This document shows positions 23,001 to 28,852 of a stretch of DNA of 64,000 nucleotides, piece after piece. Source of the stretch: an uncultured bacterium (GTDB lineage: Bacteria; Verrucomicrobiota; Kiritimatiellia; RFP12; UBA1067); assembly GCA_902780865.1 (NCBI GenBank), contig CACZHC010000048.1, positions 2,890-66,889 of the forward strand, written 5' to 3'. The translations under genes and the position numbers were made by a program. The notes beneath the pieces were generated by a model. That model saw nothing but the letters and a program-made list of their open reading frames with translations. It made no database searches and was not told where the DNA came from. Numbering within the stretch: the stretch's first letter is position 1; every line of letters starts with the position of its first letter.

Positions 23001-24196
23001 TACGTGTAAGCTATGCCAAAGTCAAGTGCAACCTGGTTGTTCTTGTTAAATGTAAATGGGCCAACAGACGGAAGCGCCACTTTTGTCTCAACAAGCTGAG
23101 TAATACGGACAATAACAACACCACTGCCGCCATTGCCACCAGGAGCAGTCGTACCGCTACCACCACCGCCGCCACCGAGTCCATTCGTCCCAGAGACTGC
23201 ATCAACCGACGTTGAACCACCTCTTCCACCGCCGCCGTCACCGCCAGCTATACCAGTGCTCAATTTTGTGCGGCCACCACCGCCGCCACCAGCATAATAT
23301 ATCGACTCTCCAGTAATGTCGATAGAAAGCCCCGCACCGCCTTTACTTTTTGTAGAGGACGCATCCTGACCAACAGCACCTGCACCGCCGCCGCCCCCGC
23401 CATATGCGACCGCGCCACCTCTACCACCAGCAAAACCAACTTCCGGGGCGACAGCCGTAGAGACGCCTCCATTTTGCGGAGAAGCAGCGGTTGTATAACT
23501 TGCCGAGCCACCGCCGCCACTTGCACCATCATGCCCTACGGACTGCGCACCACCGCCGCCGCCGCCATGGGCAACAATTACATCAAATGATGAGTCCAGA
23601 CCATCACCTCCGTCGGCGGCGACATCAGTTGATGCCGCCGCTTCGCCACCTGCACCAACGGCAATAGAATACACACCACCGACAAGGGTTAGATTTGTCT
23701 CAATCAGGCCACCAGCACCACCACCGCCGCCAGCGCCACCTTGCGTCGACGTACTCGTGCCGCCAGCGCCACCCCCGCCAACAACGAGAACGCGCACATT
23801 GGCCCTGGCAGAATCGTCAACGGTTAGCGAACCTGCGGCTGTAGTGTCGGTGAACTTGAGAACGAGATGATCGTAGGCATCTGCCGTTGCTGGCGTTCCG
23901 TCGGCATTGAGATAAATGACTGTCGCGTTGCTGGACCAAGTGACCTTACCAGCGTTGACGAGCTCGCGCACATCCGCGCGCGCGGCGAGAGAGAACGACA
24001 ATGCCAACAGTGCGGCAAGAGAGGCAAGCCGACGGGAGAGAGTCGTGAGAGAAGAGCCGATGCAGGTGCCGAAGAATTGCGAGATGCCGGCAAGAGTATG
24101 CGCAACGCCACGCGCGGTCACGCTTGTGTGCGTGCGCGTACGCGGCATCGCGAGCGTCCGCGAGGACGCCGCGACTCTCGTTGTGCGGTCCATCAT
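14051..24196 (-). CDS. Giant (3381 aa) secreted surface protein: glycine-rich N-terminal domain, MBG/YDGT Ig-like repeats, DUF2341-like and LamG-like domains, long beta-rich body
   Basis: Uninterrupted 10.1-kb ORF. Hydrophobic signal-like segment LASLAALLALSFSLAARA. Gly-rich block VLVVGGGGAGG...GGNGGSGVVIVRI. Repeated FTYDGTAKVG...NAGTYTFSVSL units. DUF2341-like IYFKARSG...IVWLKLATLPPTGMTVTMYWN, followed by a LamG-like segment (NDGWSIETANGSSTVLLVRGNG...WVYLVFVYNGTTATVYSNGRKIG). The exact start codon is uncertain. Confidence 0.85.
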   Translation of the reverse strand: MMDRTTRVAASSRTLAMPRTRTHTSVTARGVAHTLAGISQFFGTCIGSSLTTLSRRLASLAALLALSFSLAARADVRELVNAGKVTWSSNATVIYLNADGTPATADAYDHLVLKFTDTTAAGSLTVDDSARANVRVLVVGGGGAGGTSTSTQGGAGGGGGAGGLIETNLTLVGGVYSIAVGAGGEAAASTDVAADGGDGLDSSFDVIVAHGGGGGGAQSVGHDGASGGGGSASYTTAASPQNGGVSTAVAPEVGFAGGRGGAVAYGGGGGGAGAVGQDASSTKSKGGAGLSIDITGESIYYAGGGGGGRTKLSTGIAGGDGGGGRGGSTSVDAVSGTNGLGGGGGGSGTTAPGGNGGSGVVIVRITQLVETKVALPSVGPFTFNKNNQVALDFGIAYTYVDGSGDTNATAVGNYSFKVTPGPDLEWVGGGTGEKTVNWSIVKRTIEKPTTADFTYDGTAKVGVTYGDDFLEYCTFDTSSVTNATNAGTYTFSVSLDDTVNTAWSDNTIEPFDGSWTISPIKVAKPEPRTDLVYDGTEKQGFAALDYARYALTAGVTNATDGGAHSFTFSLLGNDEAENYVWDVDPVTAEPYSGEWTIGAAANAITALSLKGWRVGGTPNEILIAANYGLDTVRYEYGFGETASAVETWTNDVTAIDKAGTWIIRATIDETPSWAAATRTASFDMWDDPARIYHDSVEIYFKARSGATETVTNIPLPVKISTARMPGFDYSLAGQDGSGMLFVDSNGEILPYEAATWNTTGESIVWLKLATLPPTGMTVTMYWNIRPDAEPPVANEPTEVWSDYTGVWHMDEEIPAAQAASARSNDSTAQKNYATPQKGGASSANLNQMVSVDGVIGNGRMNSSVASVQNGNRLQTSKSFSTGSVFTFSGFFKMNARGNYPRLAGTKNNGNSNDGWSIETANGSSTVLLVRGNGSSSFTLSGAVDDMYEGWVYLVFVYNGTTATVYSNGRKIGSGSITAVSNGARALAFGAQGSSPNEWSLNGAYDECRIGPNIPTDDRIKAEYEILSDPDFSTNSVVLRDGLRLNIWLDTPKMDKTTWDVNEAAGTITNTPAVLYGGVTNVIYSVYDPTKTFESTADITETGLYRIHFLATETENVTPVDYLIDLHVIEGKPYTKIGGTNGDSGRVLLMNRDTNTKCPIDYQGYKDNRDTLNTYWTHINAESDPYSETLPFNLQLGTESVLKTKGGERTLWRIVDCRHGNTFPAGVASGNLVANQNYLPYSSTSKSFLSRTSSIKQNLAGQIVMRNIENAAVYSSCFTNGIGTIYFDAVNGWCRSNEDYDNYKIVVEISTNTVEGLVPMDDNSFTIETNYVEEVEIISTNWYGRLDGCWTPVSMIPFKRDGTANFEKGEKTEELALDVENGGTMDNFFRVVVPIDIPGPVRFRIRRTTADPNRFPDVSSFILLDNIIASIPAMSADLVSAGHYDAEKTGTQTLGWELATSVPYPSIGDTTNIVAYAKPEFTLNVGDGSTPDTTKFFSSATMHYRWRYLNQTLSQPVSAWKEIDLNPDDDFKSIRPLELPSRPGDVEYWFEYQLQAPYYKYVDYSGAANASIDYTEERGVLTNRLGDASIASGGSDWYFRIRDGKSDYAGLDIVFRRGSSAAEERVHMALAENHVWRGFVQTKENQTGEIQYRIEAMDEQTTAFAEYAEKTNFWYCTVDNPRFPVSEALVPGGEGSWSKLTLDATTGYVMFQIDDTEKSSMALTVVHADYQNANGWSDALARKDSQGRGPIFVGTSTTNEYKIGVSPSKQTFGEDFANWGSMAATNESWTFPTGLTDIQPSHMYGRTAYEPFVSDQNGLWDVGPGMWVAKKYMISSGADAGVGLQMEGQGKGFFQLIDKDSAPRGVESVEFNARLAQFITFEDFNYYDGDVKTSMTNYTFISRVAYDFKQNKFTGNASLSMIAAYLPNKGCYEARWEWISNPNNQKKGGQRLCLYRWNFTSEGKNATLLTAWTNGVNNANAAFAMAAPNALNEAQTFMPFYITVSNANSRTWVAAGVCMTHQNLRENTFPSGNTWNIVACNDNSTQRLKSGTFGVLATNCEGFFGKPQYSPNVVFTAADELKLADGKAGYYTQKARTAPAGLVLRTQGFGTDDTNWNILPGRMATTNVTEFACGVVAAPVPQTLSIYFGTPGRADWNLKAPDKTVTVNNFGGDRFVVPIYKTENCSIRFGVGGTTSSTRRDIAVDSVVLKPWRGGNWDDPDVWPILPEWADDQHRNKAVGHTNFVFTSAWTTNHTILLSAKRAGFETPSAIRSPLMDGFADDGSHGTGYIRGIGLGMISVAYENAQENAVLALQIATNGVDYTTIGGYDKSFSDKIWTTITNFNFAAMTPAQRKKGILNTYIGLHDVKGAMRLMVPTNTILAVRNITDTSKFGDVTITSITCSDEPPVDVHSWWGWNIRTVGGDQDSEKMMFLDDFSTEAGGSGLSLAINNSVDENYSISRIDVADRESYIQHKPFVQTPTFTSNIVGEVVFKARKYSEADPTATVTLYGSRNATETDEGKWERIDGAVFMVSNAWYETYRAKMDPKYKSFRLAVAGVEGVVEDSDGGGNGLPAGANDPPPRVLLDEMFVSEAVNAIMGFKHVGCFRHDMSGLGVVPNVPSRDEQPICEEAWGVQCEIYGAQLASDIDFTHTPRVKLHWFDGIAPWGYENWKDSPSAHSAWLSRAIETDEDRFVYRSTMRTSPDAVIPMSLAAPSYVQYTLEVVFYTKENPTVPVTNWLNSSDWKIPEWYRPLDLNAQYGGSGDFAAYNILDNIAPGWAWINEVNLFGDFVKWRNTDEDCQFIEIAHPPEADVSGWTVRLLEGQMGNNWVITNDLARFGRDGLSGTKQLPAEDAEVNMVFRVIGSPLSRSSGRLKKSDGTLDGVWKVDNPTLVFTSDGVVSYYDPIVFQLVRTSGIVEHEIIVQGTNYLESLEIENPGYLGEMRDWMAARMPDSEIVMAGYDFGGPANSLSVTQHFGRCGMTIAPDDWNHPTNDWKTVVKMTPGHHNIGQVIDPNHPVPAGEEVLVYFTVTGDHIEQSLDGSNFTNGMFSAIVTKNNPVGTNVIYRVDPWYVLDNVRTGSVSLVDQVQQTKATQPFEYTLSGVAKGVSNNVTVVASAALNPKFGTDWGVPEDDPYRDAIIDWLEGGTDLYGNPFEDVASGEIRLATHRSWWSGAVMTNLTLREMYWLDMDPTVGKLSLLAGTTFDPNGIEHIVTKAMGESSLVLTNRRLYVYMMISNENETVAAPTHPRGAHDFTTHWTPYVLRGVSPGENSQEYVASTGEWESVTFKITGMLMNSATSFYVADNKVPLRHFVFNANSFSAEGLSKIEVYDPYSPLSVGYNAGWKRWWDKNGYCPVVFFWMIDTRLPPIGVEQLQEDNYYGD

Positions 24197-24338
24197 TTTT
24201 TCTTCAGCTTCGTTTTCTCGACACCTTTTTCACACAATGTTTTCAAGCCTTTTACAGCTTATCGACAGACTAGTGCACAGACAAATATTTCACTTCGAGC
24301 ACATCGAAGAGACTATTCGCCTATGTCCAATCGTTTGC

Positions 24339-24372
24339 ATTATACCACAAAACCCATTGCGTGGGGGAAAAA
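24339..24372 (-). promoter_or_regulatory. Candidate sigma70 promoter (extended -10 TGGTATAAT) for the giant-protein operon
   Basis: The minus strand reads gggttttgTGgTATAATgcaaacg, with TATAAT at 24339-24344. It lies about 140 nt upstream of the 24196 start. The -35 is weak or unclear. Confidence 0.4.
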
Positions 24373-24479
24373 ATTTGCGCTGCCGCGCGACCACGAACAC
24401 GGGCCTAAAGCCCGACACGAAATGACACGAAAAATTCCTTTCTGTGGCGGCAACTCATTGATGCGACTGATTTTGTGAG

Positions 24480-24960
24480 CTTTCATGTACCGAGACGTAG
24501 GCGCCCCATGCTTTTTTCGTGAAGCCCGCGAAGCGGGCGTTTTCGTGCGCCACGAAGGTGGTTTTCGTGACGCTGCGGCTTGTCGTGGGCCGAAGGCCAA
24601 AAGGACGCCGCGGCGCGTGGCGAAGGTCGTTCCCTCGTAGTGACCGAGGTTACTGGATGAAGCATCCAAGCGACCTTCTGGCCAACGCGCTGCCGCGAAC
24701 TTTCACGCGGCGGAACGCCGCACGACAAGCCGGCAGCATTTCGTGGTCGCGCGTCATTCGCCCGCGCCGGCAGGCGTCGGGTTGCCTGAGCGCGAGATGC
24801 ACCTGCGGCGAAGCCGTCAGGTCCCCCGACGAGCGAAGAGGAGCTTTGCGAAGCAAAGTCGCAAGAGGGTGCGCGCGAACCCCGAAGGGTATCCACCGAC
24901 CGAAGGTCGCTGCCGAAGGCAGTCTCTAGAGTGGTGCCGCAAGGGGCCGAGCGCAAACAC
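24480..24960. repeat. GC-rich non-coding field of short hairpins with TTTCGTG / TTCGTGGTCGCG motifs; related field at 35690-35960
   Basis: The motif tttcgtggtcgcgcgt occurs at about 24741 and about 35925, and ttcgtggtcgcg at about 35693. Many GAAG-loop hairpins are present (gcccgcgaagcgggc, gaccgaaggtc, ctgccgaaggcag). The ORFs here overlap each other and are R/A/G-rich. Confidence 0.5.
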
Positions 24961-24983
24961 TGTTTCCCAACCCTCTACACGCC

Positions 24984-26309
24984 CTACATATCCGCAATAG
25001 ACAGAAGCCCGGACTTCTGCCTAAGATTGCGCTTCTCGGGATTCTTCTCAAAAAACTTCTCGATCTTCTCCCTGAGCTTCGCGTCACTGTATCGTCCTGG
25101 GTTCGTCTTGACCTCAAAGAATGCTATTTCACCGCCAAGCTCGTCTTCGCACACCAAATCAATCTCTTCGGATCCCTTACGATCCCACCAGGCACCCATC
25201 TTGGCATACGACGTTGTCTCGGTGAACTTCCAGTGGAAATAGCGCTCTAAGGCATAGCCACTGAACACGTCGAAATCCCGCAATGCAATTTCACGCAGCT
25301 GTTCGTACCGCTCAAGCTCAATATAGCCCCTGTACTTGAAGACAAAGCGAAACCAGAACCGGAAAAAGCAGTCGTCGATCTGGTAATGGCAGTTCTTCCC
25401 CGTCGGCTTATCGAAAATCGGCTGCTTCTTCGATACTAACTGATATTGCTCTTCAAGTTTGGTGAGATAGCCATTGACGTCCACGCCAATAAGGTTCTTC
25501 AACTCCGCAGTAGTCGTAGCACCAGAAGCTATGGCCGAAAGAATCGTGAAGTATACGCCGTAATCCGGGCCGAACTCCTCGGCGAGTATGGCGCGACCTT
25601 CGGGCAGATACGACGATCCCGGCGAAAAGATGGTGTCGATCATCTGCCTGCGGGTGAGCGCCTTTGCCCCCGTCATCATGTTTACGTAACGTGCGACGCC
25701 TCCAGTCACCGTCCAGAGGGCAAGGAGGTCTTCGGGCGTGTAATCTGGCTTGAACTCTGACAGTATCTGCTTCAATAGAGAGACCTTGAACGGCTTGAGC
25801 GTAAAACTTGCCGTGTTGCGCCCGTACAAAGGTTCCCCGTCGTTAAAGAATATCTTATTCATCAATCTGTTTATGCTTCCGCACACCACCAGATTGATCT
25901 TTGAAGACGAATGATATTCATCCCATATTGCGGCAACCTGGCTGAACACAGCATCGTTAATTCTGTCAAATTCCTGAAACTCGTCGAGAACCACGGTGAA
26001 TCGTCTTGTCTGCGACGCTTTCATGATGATTTTAAACAAATCTGAGAAAGTTTCGCATGTACCAAGGATTCCAAGATTAAGAATCTGTTCAACTTCCGCC
26101 TGAAGTTCCCGACAAAGCATTCGTTCGCTTTGACGGGTAATCGGCAGATGCACATAGGGTATCACCCCATCATCAAGCGCATTGCGCAAAAGCGCCGTCT
26201 TGCCCACGCGCCGGCGACCAGTAATGACGACAAACTGCGCTTCTTCGGCTGAAATATCCCTCCACCTGCGGAGCATTTCGACCTCTTCCTCCCGTCCGAA
26301 AAACTTCAT
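24984..26309 (-). CDS. AAA+ ATPase (archaeal-type ATPase domain plus DUF234-like C-terminus), copy 1
   Basis: 441-aa ORF MKFFGREEEVEMLRRW...VVITGRRRVGKTALL (Walker A), VVLDEFQEF (Walker B). About 60% similar along its full length to the ORF at 44827..46117. Confidence 0.85.
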   Translation of the reverse strand: MKFFGREEEVEMLRRWRDISAEEAQFVVITGRRRVGKTALLRNALDDGVIPYVHLPITRQSERMLCRELQAEVEQILNLGILGTCETFSDLFKIIMKASQTRRFTVVLDEFQEFDRINDAVFSQVAAIWDEYHSSSKINLVVCGSINRLMNKIFFNDGEPLYGRNTASFTLKPFKVSLLKQILSEFKPDYTPEDLLALWTVTGGVARYVNMMTGAKALTRRQMIDTIFSPGSSYLPEGRAILAEEFGPDYGVYFTILSAIASGATTTAELKNLIGVDVNGYLTKLEEQYQLVSKKQPIFDKPTGKNCHYQIDDCFFRFWFRFVFKYRGYIELERYEQLREIALRDFDVFSGYALERYFHWKFTETTSYAKMGAWWDRKGSEEIDLVCEDELGGEIAFFEVKTNPGRYSDAKLREKIEKFFEKNPEKRNLRQKSGLLSIADM

Positions 26310-26365
26310 TGTCGCCCCCTTTTGAAAATGGTTGTTTTGAAAACGGCTGTTTTTAATCCGCGGAT

Positions 26366-26394
26366 ATTATGGCATTATTTAGCATCCTTGTCAA
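26366..26394 (-). promoter_or_regulatory. Sigma70 promoter TTGACA-17-CATAAT for ATPase copy 1 (shared promoter module)
   Basis: The minus strand reads ggattgacaaggatgctaaataatgccataatat. A 36-bp stretch is identical apart from 3 mismatches to 30441-30476, upstream of vapB. Confidence 0.55.
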
Positions 26395-26410
26395 TCCCCC
26401 GCAGGGTTTT

Positions 26411-26555
26411 ATTGGAAACAACTTTTTCATGGTGTGCGGGCTAACATGCCCGCACTTTCTTTTCTCGCCGCGAAACCTCGCGGCGCCCTCAAATCGCCGC
26501 GCTTGTTGCGCGGCGTAAAGAAGTTGTTTTTACAAGTTGTTTCAGTTGTTTCCCC
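26411..26555. repeat. Inverted-repeat-bounded hairpin cluster (ggaaacaac ... gttgtttcc) with GTTGTTT iterations
   Basis: ttggaaacaac at 26411-26421 faces gttgtttttacaagttgtttcagttgtttcc at about 26524-26555. Three GC hairpins lie between them (gtgcgggc..gcccgcac, gccgcga..tcgcggc, gccgcgc..gcgcggc). The GTTGTTT module recurs at 29521-29560 and 30491-30530. Confidence 0.45.
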
Positions 26556-26590
26556 TACACGTTCTGCATGTTCTACACGGCTAAAATCAC

Positions 26591-26617
26591 AAAAACCCGC
26601 GGCATTTCTGCCGCGGG
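26591..26617 (-). terminator. Intrinsic terminator hairpin (conserved module CCCGCGGC-loop-GCCGCGGG plus U-tract) after the hicB-like gene
   Basis: The minus strand reads cccgcggcagaaatgccgcgggttttt, an 8-bp GC stem followed by a T-run. The same module occurs at 28603, 28740, 29731 and 30936. Confidence 0.65.
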
Positions 26618-26644
26618 CGTTGATCCATTCTGATCTAATGGAAG

Positions 26645-26848
26645 TCATCCAGCTATTGCGGTGCGCCGCCCACGCATTGATAACTGCCACGCACTCGCAA
26701 GCCAAGCAGCAACGGCATCCTGAATCAGGGCGCGAACTTCCTCCAGCGTCTCGCCCTGCGTGACGCATCCGGGAAGCGACGGTACTTCCGCCCAATACCC
26801 AGTCTTAGGTGCGTTGCACTTGTGAATAATTGCTTTCAGACCATCCAT
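26645..26848 (-). CDS. hicB: HicB-like antitoxin-fold protein (short, possibly C-terminally truncated); no hicA partner seen
   Basis: 67-aa ORF. The segment GYWAEVPSLPGCVTQGETLEEVRALIQDAV matches the typical HicB/UPF0150 N-terminal motif. The tail AWQLSMRGRRTAIAG looks atypical. Confidence 0.6.
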   Translation of the reverse strand: MDGLKAIIHKCNAPKTGYWAEVPSLPGCVTQGETLEEVRALIQDAVAAWLASAWQLSMRGRRTAIAG

Positions 26849-26873
26849 ATATGCTCGCTTTCTTTGTGTGCGT

Positions 26874-26903
26874 AGTATAGCACATGCGCCGCCATCGCGT
26901 CAA
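26874..26903 (-). promoter_or_regulatory. Sigma70 promoter TTGACG-17-TATACT for the hicB-like gene
   Basis: The minus strand reads gttgacgcgatggcggcgcatgtgctatactacg, about 25 nt upstream of the ATG. Confidence 0.5.
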
Positions 26904-26975
26904 CGGTCGGCAAGATAAACCCCACTCTACTCGACCCCGAAACAAAAACCCGCGGCGGAAGTGCCACTGTTTTTG

Positions 26976-27250
26976 TTTAGGGTCACTTAGGGTCTATTAG
27001 CGTCATTTAGGGTCAATGTAGAGTCTTGAGCCCCTACCAGCCCCTACCAGCCCATAACCGACCCTAACCGACCCAACCAGACCCTAACTGACCCTAACCG
27101 ACTCTAACCGACCCAACCAGACCCTAACTGACCCTAACCGACCCTAACCGACCCAACCAGACTCTAACTTGACCCTAACCGACTCTAACCGACCCTAACC
27201 GACTCTAACCGACTCTAACCGACCCTAACTGACCCTAACCGACCCTAATA
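26976..27250. repeat. 10-bp phased tandem array: about 5 units TTAGGGTCNN, then about 22 units of the inverse GACYCTAACY, abutting the stop codon of the four-helix-bundle gene
   Basis: The sequence stays in register with the 10-base print blocks: accctaaccg acccaaccag accctaactg accctaaccg actctaaccg ... The orientation flips at about 27029. Confidence 0.9.
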
Positions 27251-28012
27251 CCCATAAATCCTCTTGACCTCCATGATCTTCCTCGCCCGCTCCCTATTGA
27301 CCTCCAGCATCGAGAGCCCATCCGTCTTGACATCCACCTTGCAATCAAAGCAGCGCCACTTATACTCCAAAACTCCATTACTACTCGTCGTCCCATCACT
27401 CATCAGTTTGCCGCATTTAGGGCACTTCACGCCATAGCTCTTCGCCTCTTTCATCGCCGCATCGCGATTCTTTGCCGCCGCCGCCTTGGCCACCGGCTTC
27501 ATCCGCCCACGCAAGTCACCAGACTCCTTAAACTGCTTCTCTAACGCCTCAAGCTGGCGATGGAGAATGTAATCTTCTTGTTTTAGCAGCACAATCGCCA
27601 TATTTGCGACCACTTCACCATCCCTCTGCTCGGCAATTGCGAGATAGGGGGCGGAGTCGAGATGCTCCTTTGCGAAGTTGCGGAGCCATGCGATTTCTTT
27701 TCCGTCCTTATCCCACTGTCTAAGTCGCCGAGTGCGGAGGTAGTCCTCGAAGTCAGTTAGGAGTTCCTTTAGGGAGGCCTTGGCGACATTGACGAGCTTG
27801 ATTTCGGTTTCGGCGTTGGTGGAGGAAGCGGCGACGCCTTCGGCGATATTTTGTTTGCCGCTGCGGGCGGCCTGGATCATTTGGTCGATGGTGCGGTCGC
27901 CTTTAGAGAGATATTTTTGGCAGAAGTGGTAGGTTAGGTCGAAGATGACTGTTGCTTTTTTAAAGGTCAGGAGTTCCTTATAGTTGCCTCGATTTTTCAA
28001 GATGATGTTCAT
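27245..28012 (-). CDS. Four-helix-bundle protein (23S rRNA IVS protein / Avd-like family) with extended C-terminus and CxxC...CxxC zinc ribbon
   Basis: MNIILKNRGNYKELLTFKKATVIFDLTYHFCQKYLSKGDRTIDQMIQAARSGKQNIAEG is the characteristic N-terminus of this family. The C-terminus carries KCPKCGKLM...WRCFDCKV. I prefer the ATG at 28012 (RBS aaaggaa) over the track start at 28039. Confidence 0.8.
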   Translation of the reverse strand: MNIILKNRGNYKELLTFKKATVIFDLTYHFCQKYLSKGDRTIDQMIQAARSGKQNIAEGVAASSTNAETEIKLVNVAKASLKELLTDFEDYLRTRRLRQWDKDGKEIAWLRNFAKEHLDSAPYLAIAEQRDGEVVANMAIVLLKQEDYILHRQLEALEKQFKESGDLRGRMKPVAKAAAAKNRDAAMKEAKSYGVKCPKCGKLMSDGTTSSNGVLEYKWRCFDCKVDVKTDGLSMLEVNRERARKIMEVKRIYGY

Positions 28013-28036
28013 TAGGGCCGTTCCTTTTTTTAGGGT

Positions 28037-28095
28037 CAATTAGGGTCGGTTAGAGTCGATTAGAGTCGATTAGGGTTTTAGAGTCTGATGGTTCA
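28037..28095. repeat. TTAGRGTC 10-bp units (about 6) immediately upstream of the four-helix-bundle gene
   Basis: ttagggtcaa ttagggtcgg ttagagtcga ttagagtcga ttagggtttt agagtctgat. Confidence 0.85.
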
Positions 28096-28195
28096 ATTGC
28101 GCTTATATGATACCATAGGAAGGCAGAGAGAAATGGGTCATGAATAGGTTTTTGGTGGGTCTTTTTTGACCCACAGCAATATCCCCCGACCGTCT

Positions 28196-28393
28196 CTAAA
28201 AGCGCCAAACTCGACCCTAAACCGACCCTACCAGACTCTAACCGACTCTAACTGACCCTACCAGACTCTAACCGACCCTAACTGACCCTACCAGACTCTA
28301 ACCGACTCTAACTGACCCTACCAGACTCTAACCGACTCTAACTGACCCTACCAGACTCTAACCGACCCTAACTGACCCTACCAGACTCTACCA
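28196..28393. repeat. Tandem array with 30-bp higher-order unit (3 x 10 bp: GACCCTACCA GACTCTAACC GACYCTAACT), about 6 copies
   Basis: gaccctaccagactctaaccgac[tc]ctaact repeats head to tail. It has the same 10-bp phase and word family as 26976-27250. Confidence 0.9.
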
Positions 28394-28602
28394 GCCCTTC
28401 CCGCTCCCCGCGAGAAGCCATGCCCTCCATTCGGAGAGGCCGTTCTTCACGAGAAACTTTGCGACTGCAAACCTTCGCTCCCGACTTCCTTCGCCCGCAC
28501 CCTCGCGGGTGCAAACTTGTCTTCTACTCTCGAGTTCTTCCTAACAGGTCTCTTGGAGATTTCCACTCCAGACCTTGTATCATGTCCTGCGTACAACAAA
28601 AA

Positions 28603-28624
28603 CCCGCGGCGTTTCTGCCGCGGG
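28603..28624 (-). terminator. Orphan copy of the conserved terminator hairpin module
   Basis: cccgcggcgtttctgccgcggg, preceded by caacaaaaa. No intact gene lies directly upstream on the minus strand. Confidence 0.45.
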
Positions 28625-28632
28625 CATGCCCG

Positions 28633-28669
28633 CTACCCTCAGGGTAGTTCCCTGCTACCCTCAGGGTAG
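28633..28669. promoter_or_regulatory. Two copies of a perfect 15-bp palindrome CTACCCTCAGGGTAG, 22 bp centre to centre (candidate operator)
   Basis: gCTACCCTCAGGGTAGttccctgCTACCCTCAGGGTAGt, read directly from the sequence. Confidence 0.5.
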
Positions 28670-28739
28670 TCGCCCTCGACCTCCGAGCTCATAACCCTAC
28701 CCGACTCTAACCAGACCCTAATCGACCCTAAAACAAAAA

Positions 28740-28761
28740 CCCGCGGCGTTTCTGCCGCGGG
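28740..28761 (-). terminator. Intrinsic terminator (conserved module) after the RelE/XRE pair
   Basis: The minus strand reads cccgcggcagaaacgccgcgggtttttgtttt. Confidence 0.6.
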
Positions 28762-28852
28762 CGTTGTTTATCTTATGCCATTGCGAGCGACGCCCTGCGT
28801 TTACGCCTCAAATTTGCGCCGCGATGAGCTTCGCGGGATTTATTCTTCTCTT

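Noticed and set aside
24340-24956. ORFs 24340..24669, 24483..24956, 24519..24929 and others in the region upstream of the giant operon
   Set aside because: They overlap one another on both strands, have R/A/G/S-rich composition, and coincide with hairpin repeats. No RBS or homology signal is visible.
26427-26795. 122-aa minus-strand ORF overlapping the hicB-like gene
   Set aside because: It is in an alternative frame across HicB, the terminator hairpin and the repeat cluster. It reads through the conserved terminator and has no protein-like features.
26849-26975. A hicA toxin gene next to the HicB-like ORF
   Set aside because: Only about 125 bp of promoter-containing spacer lies upstream, and a terminator lies downstream. 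No ORF of 55-80 aa with HicA motifs is present in any frame.
27031-28393. CRISPR array interpretation of the tandem arrays
   Set aside because: The units are 10 bp (30 bp higher order) and contiguous. There are no unique spacers, no repeats of 24-48 bp, no cas genes and no leader.
26976-28393. Telomere-like TTAGGG repeats indicating a linear replicon end
   Set aside because: The arrays are internal, flanked by ordinary genes on both sides, and the unit is 10 bp rather than 6-7 bp. The resemblance is probably coincidental.
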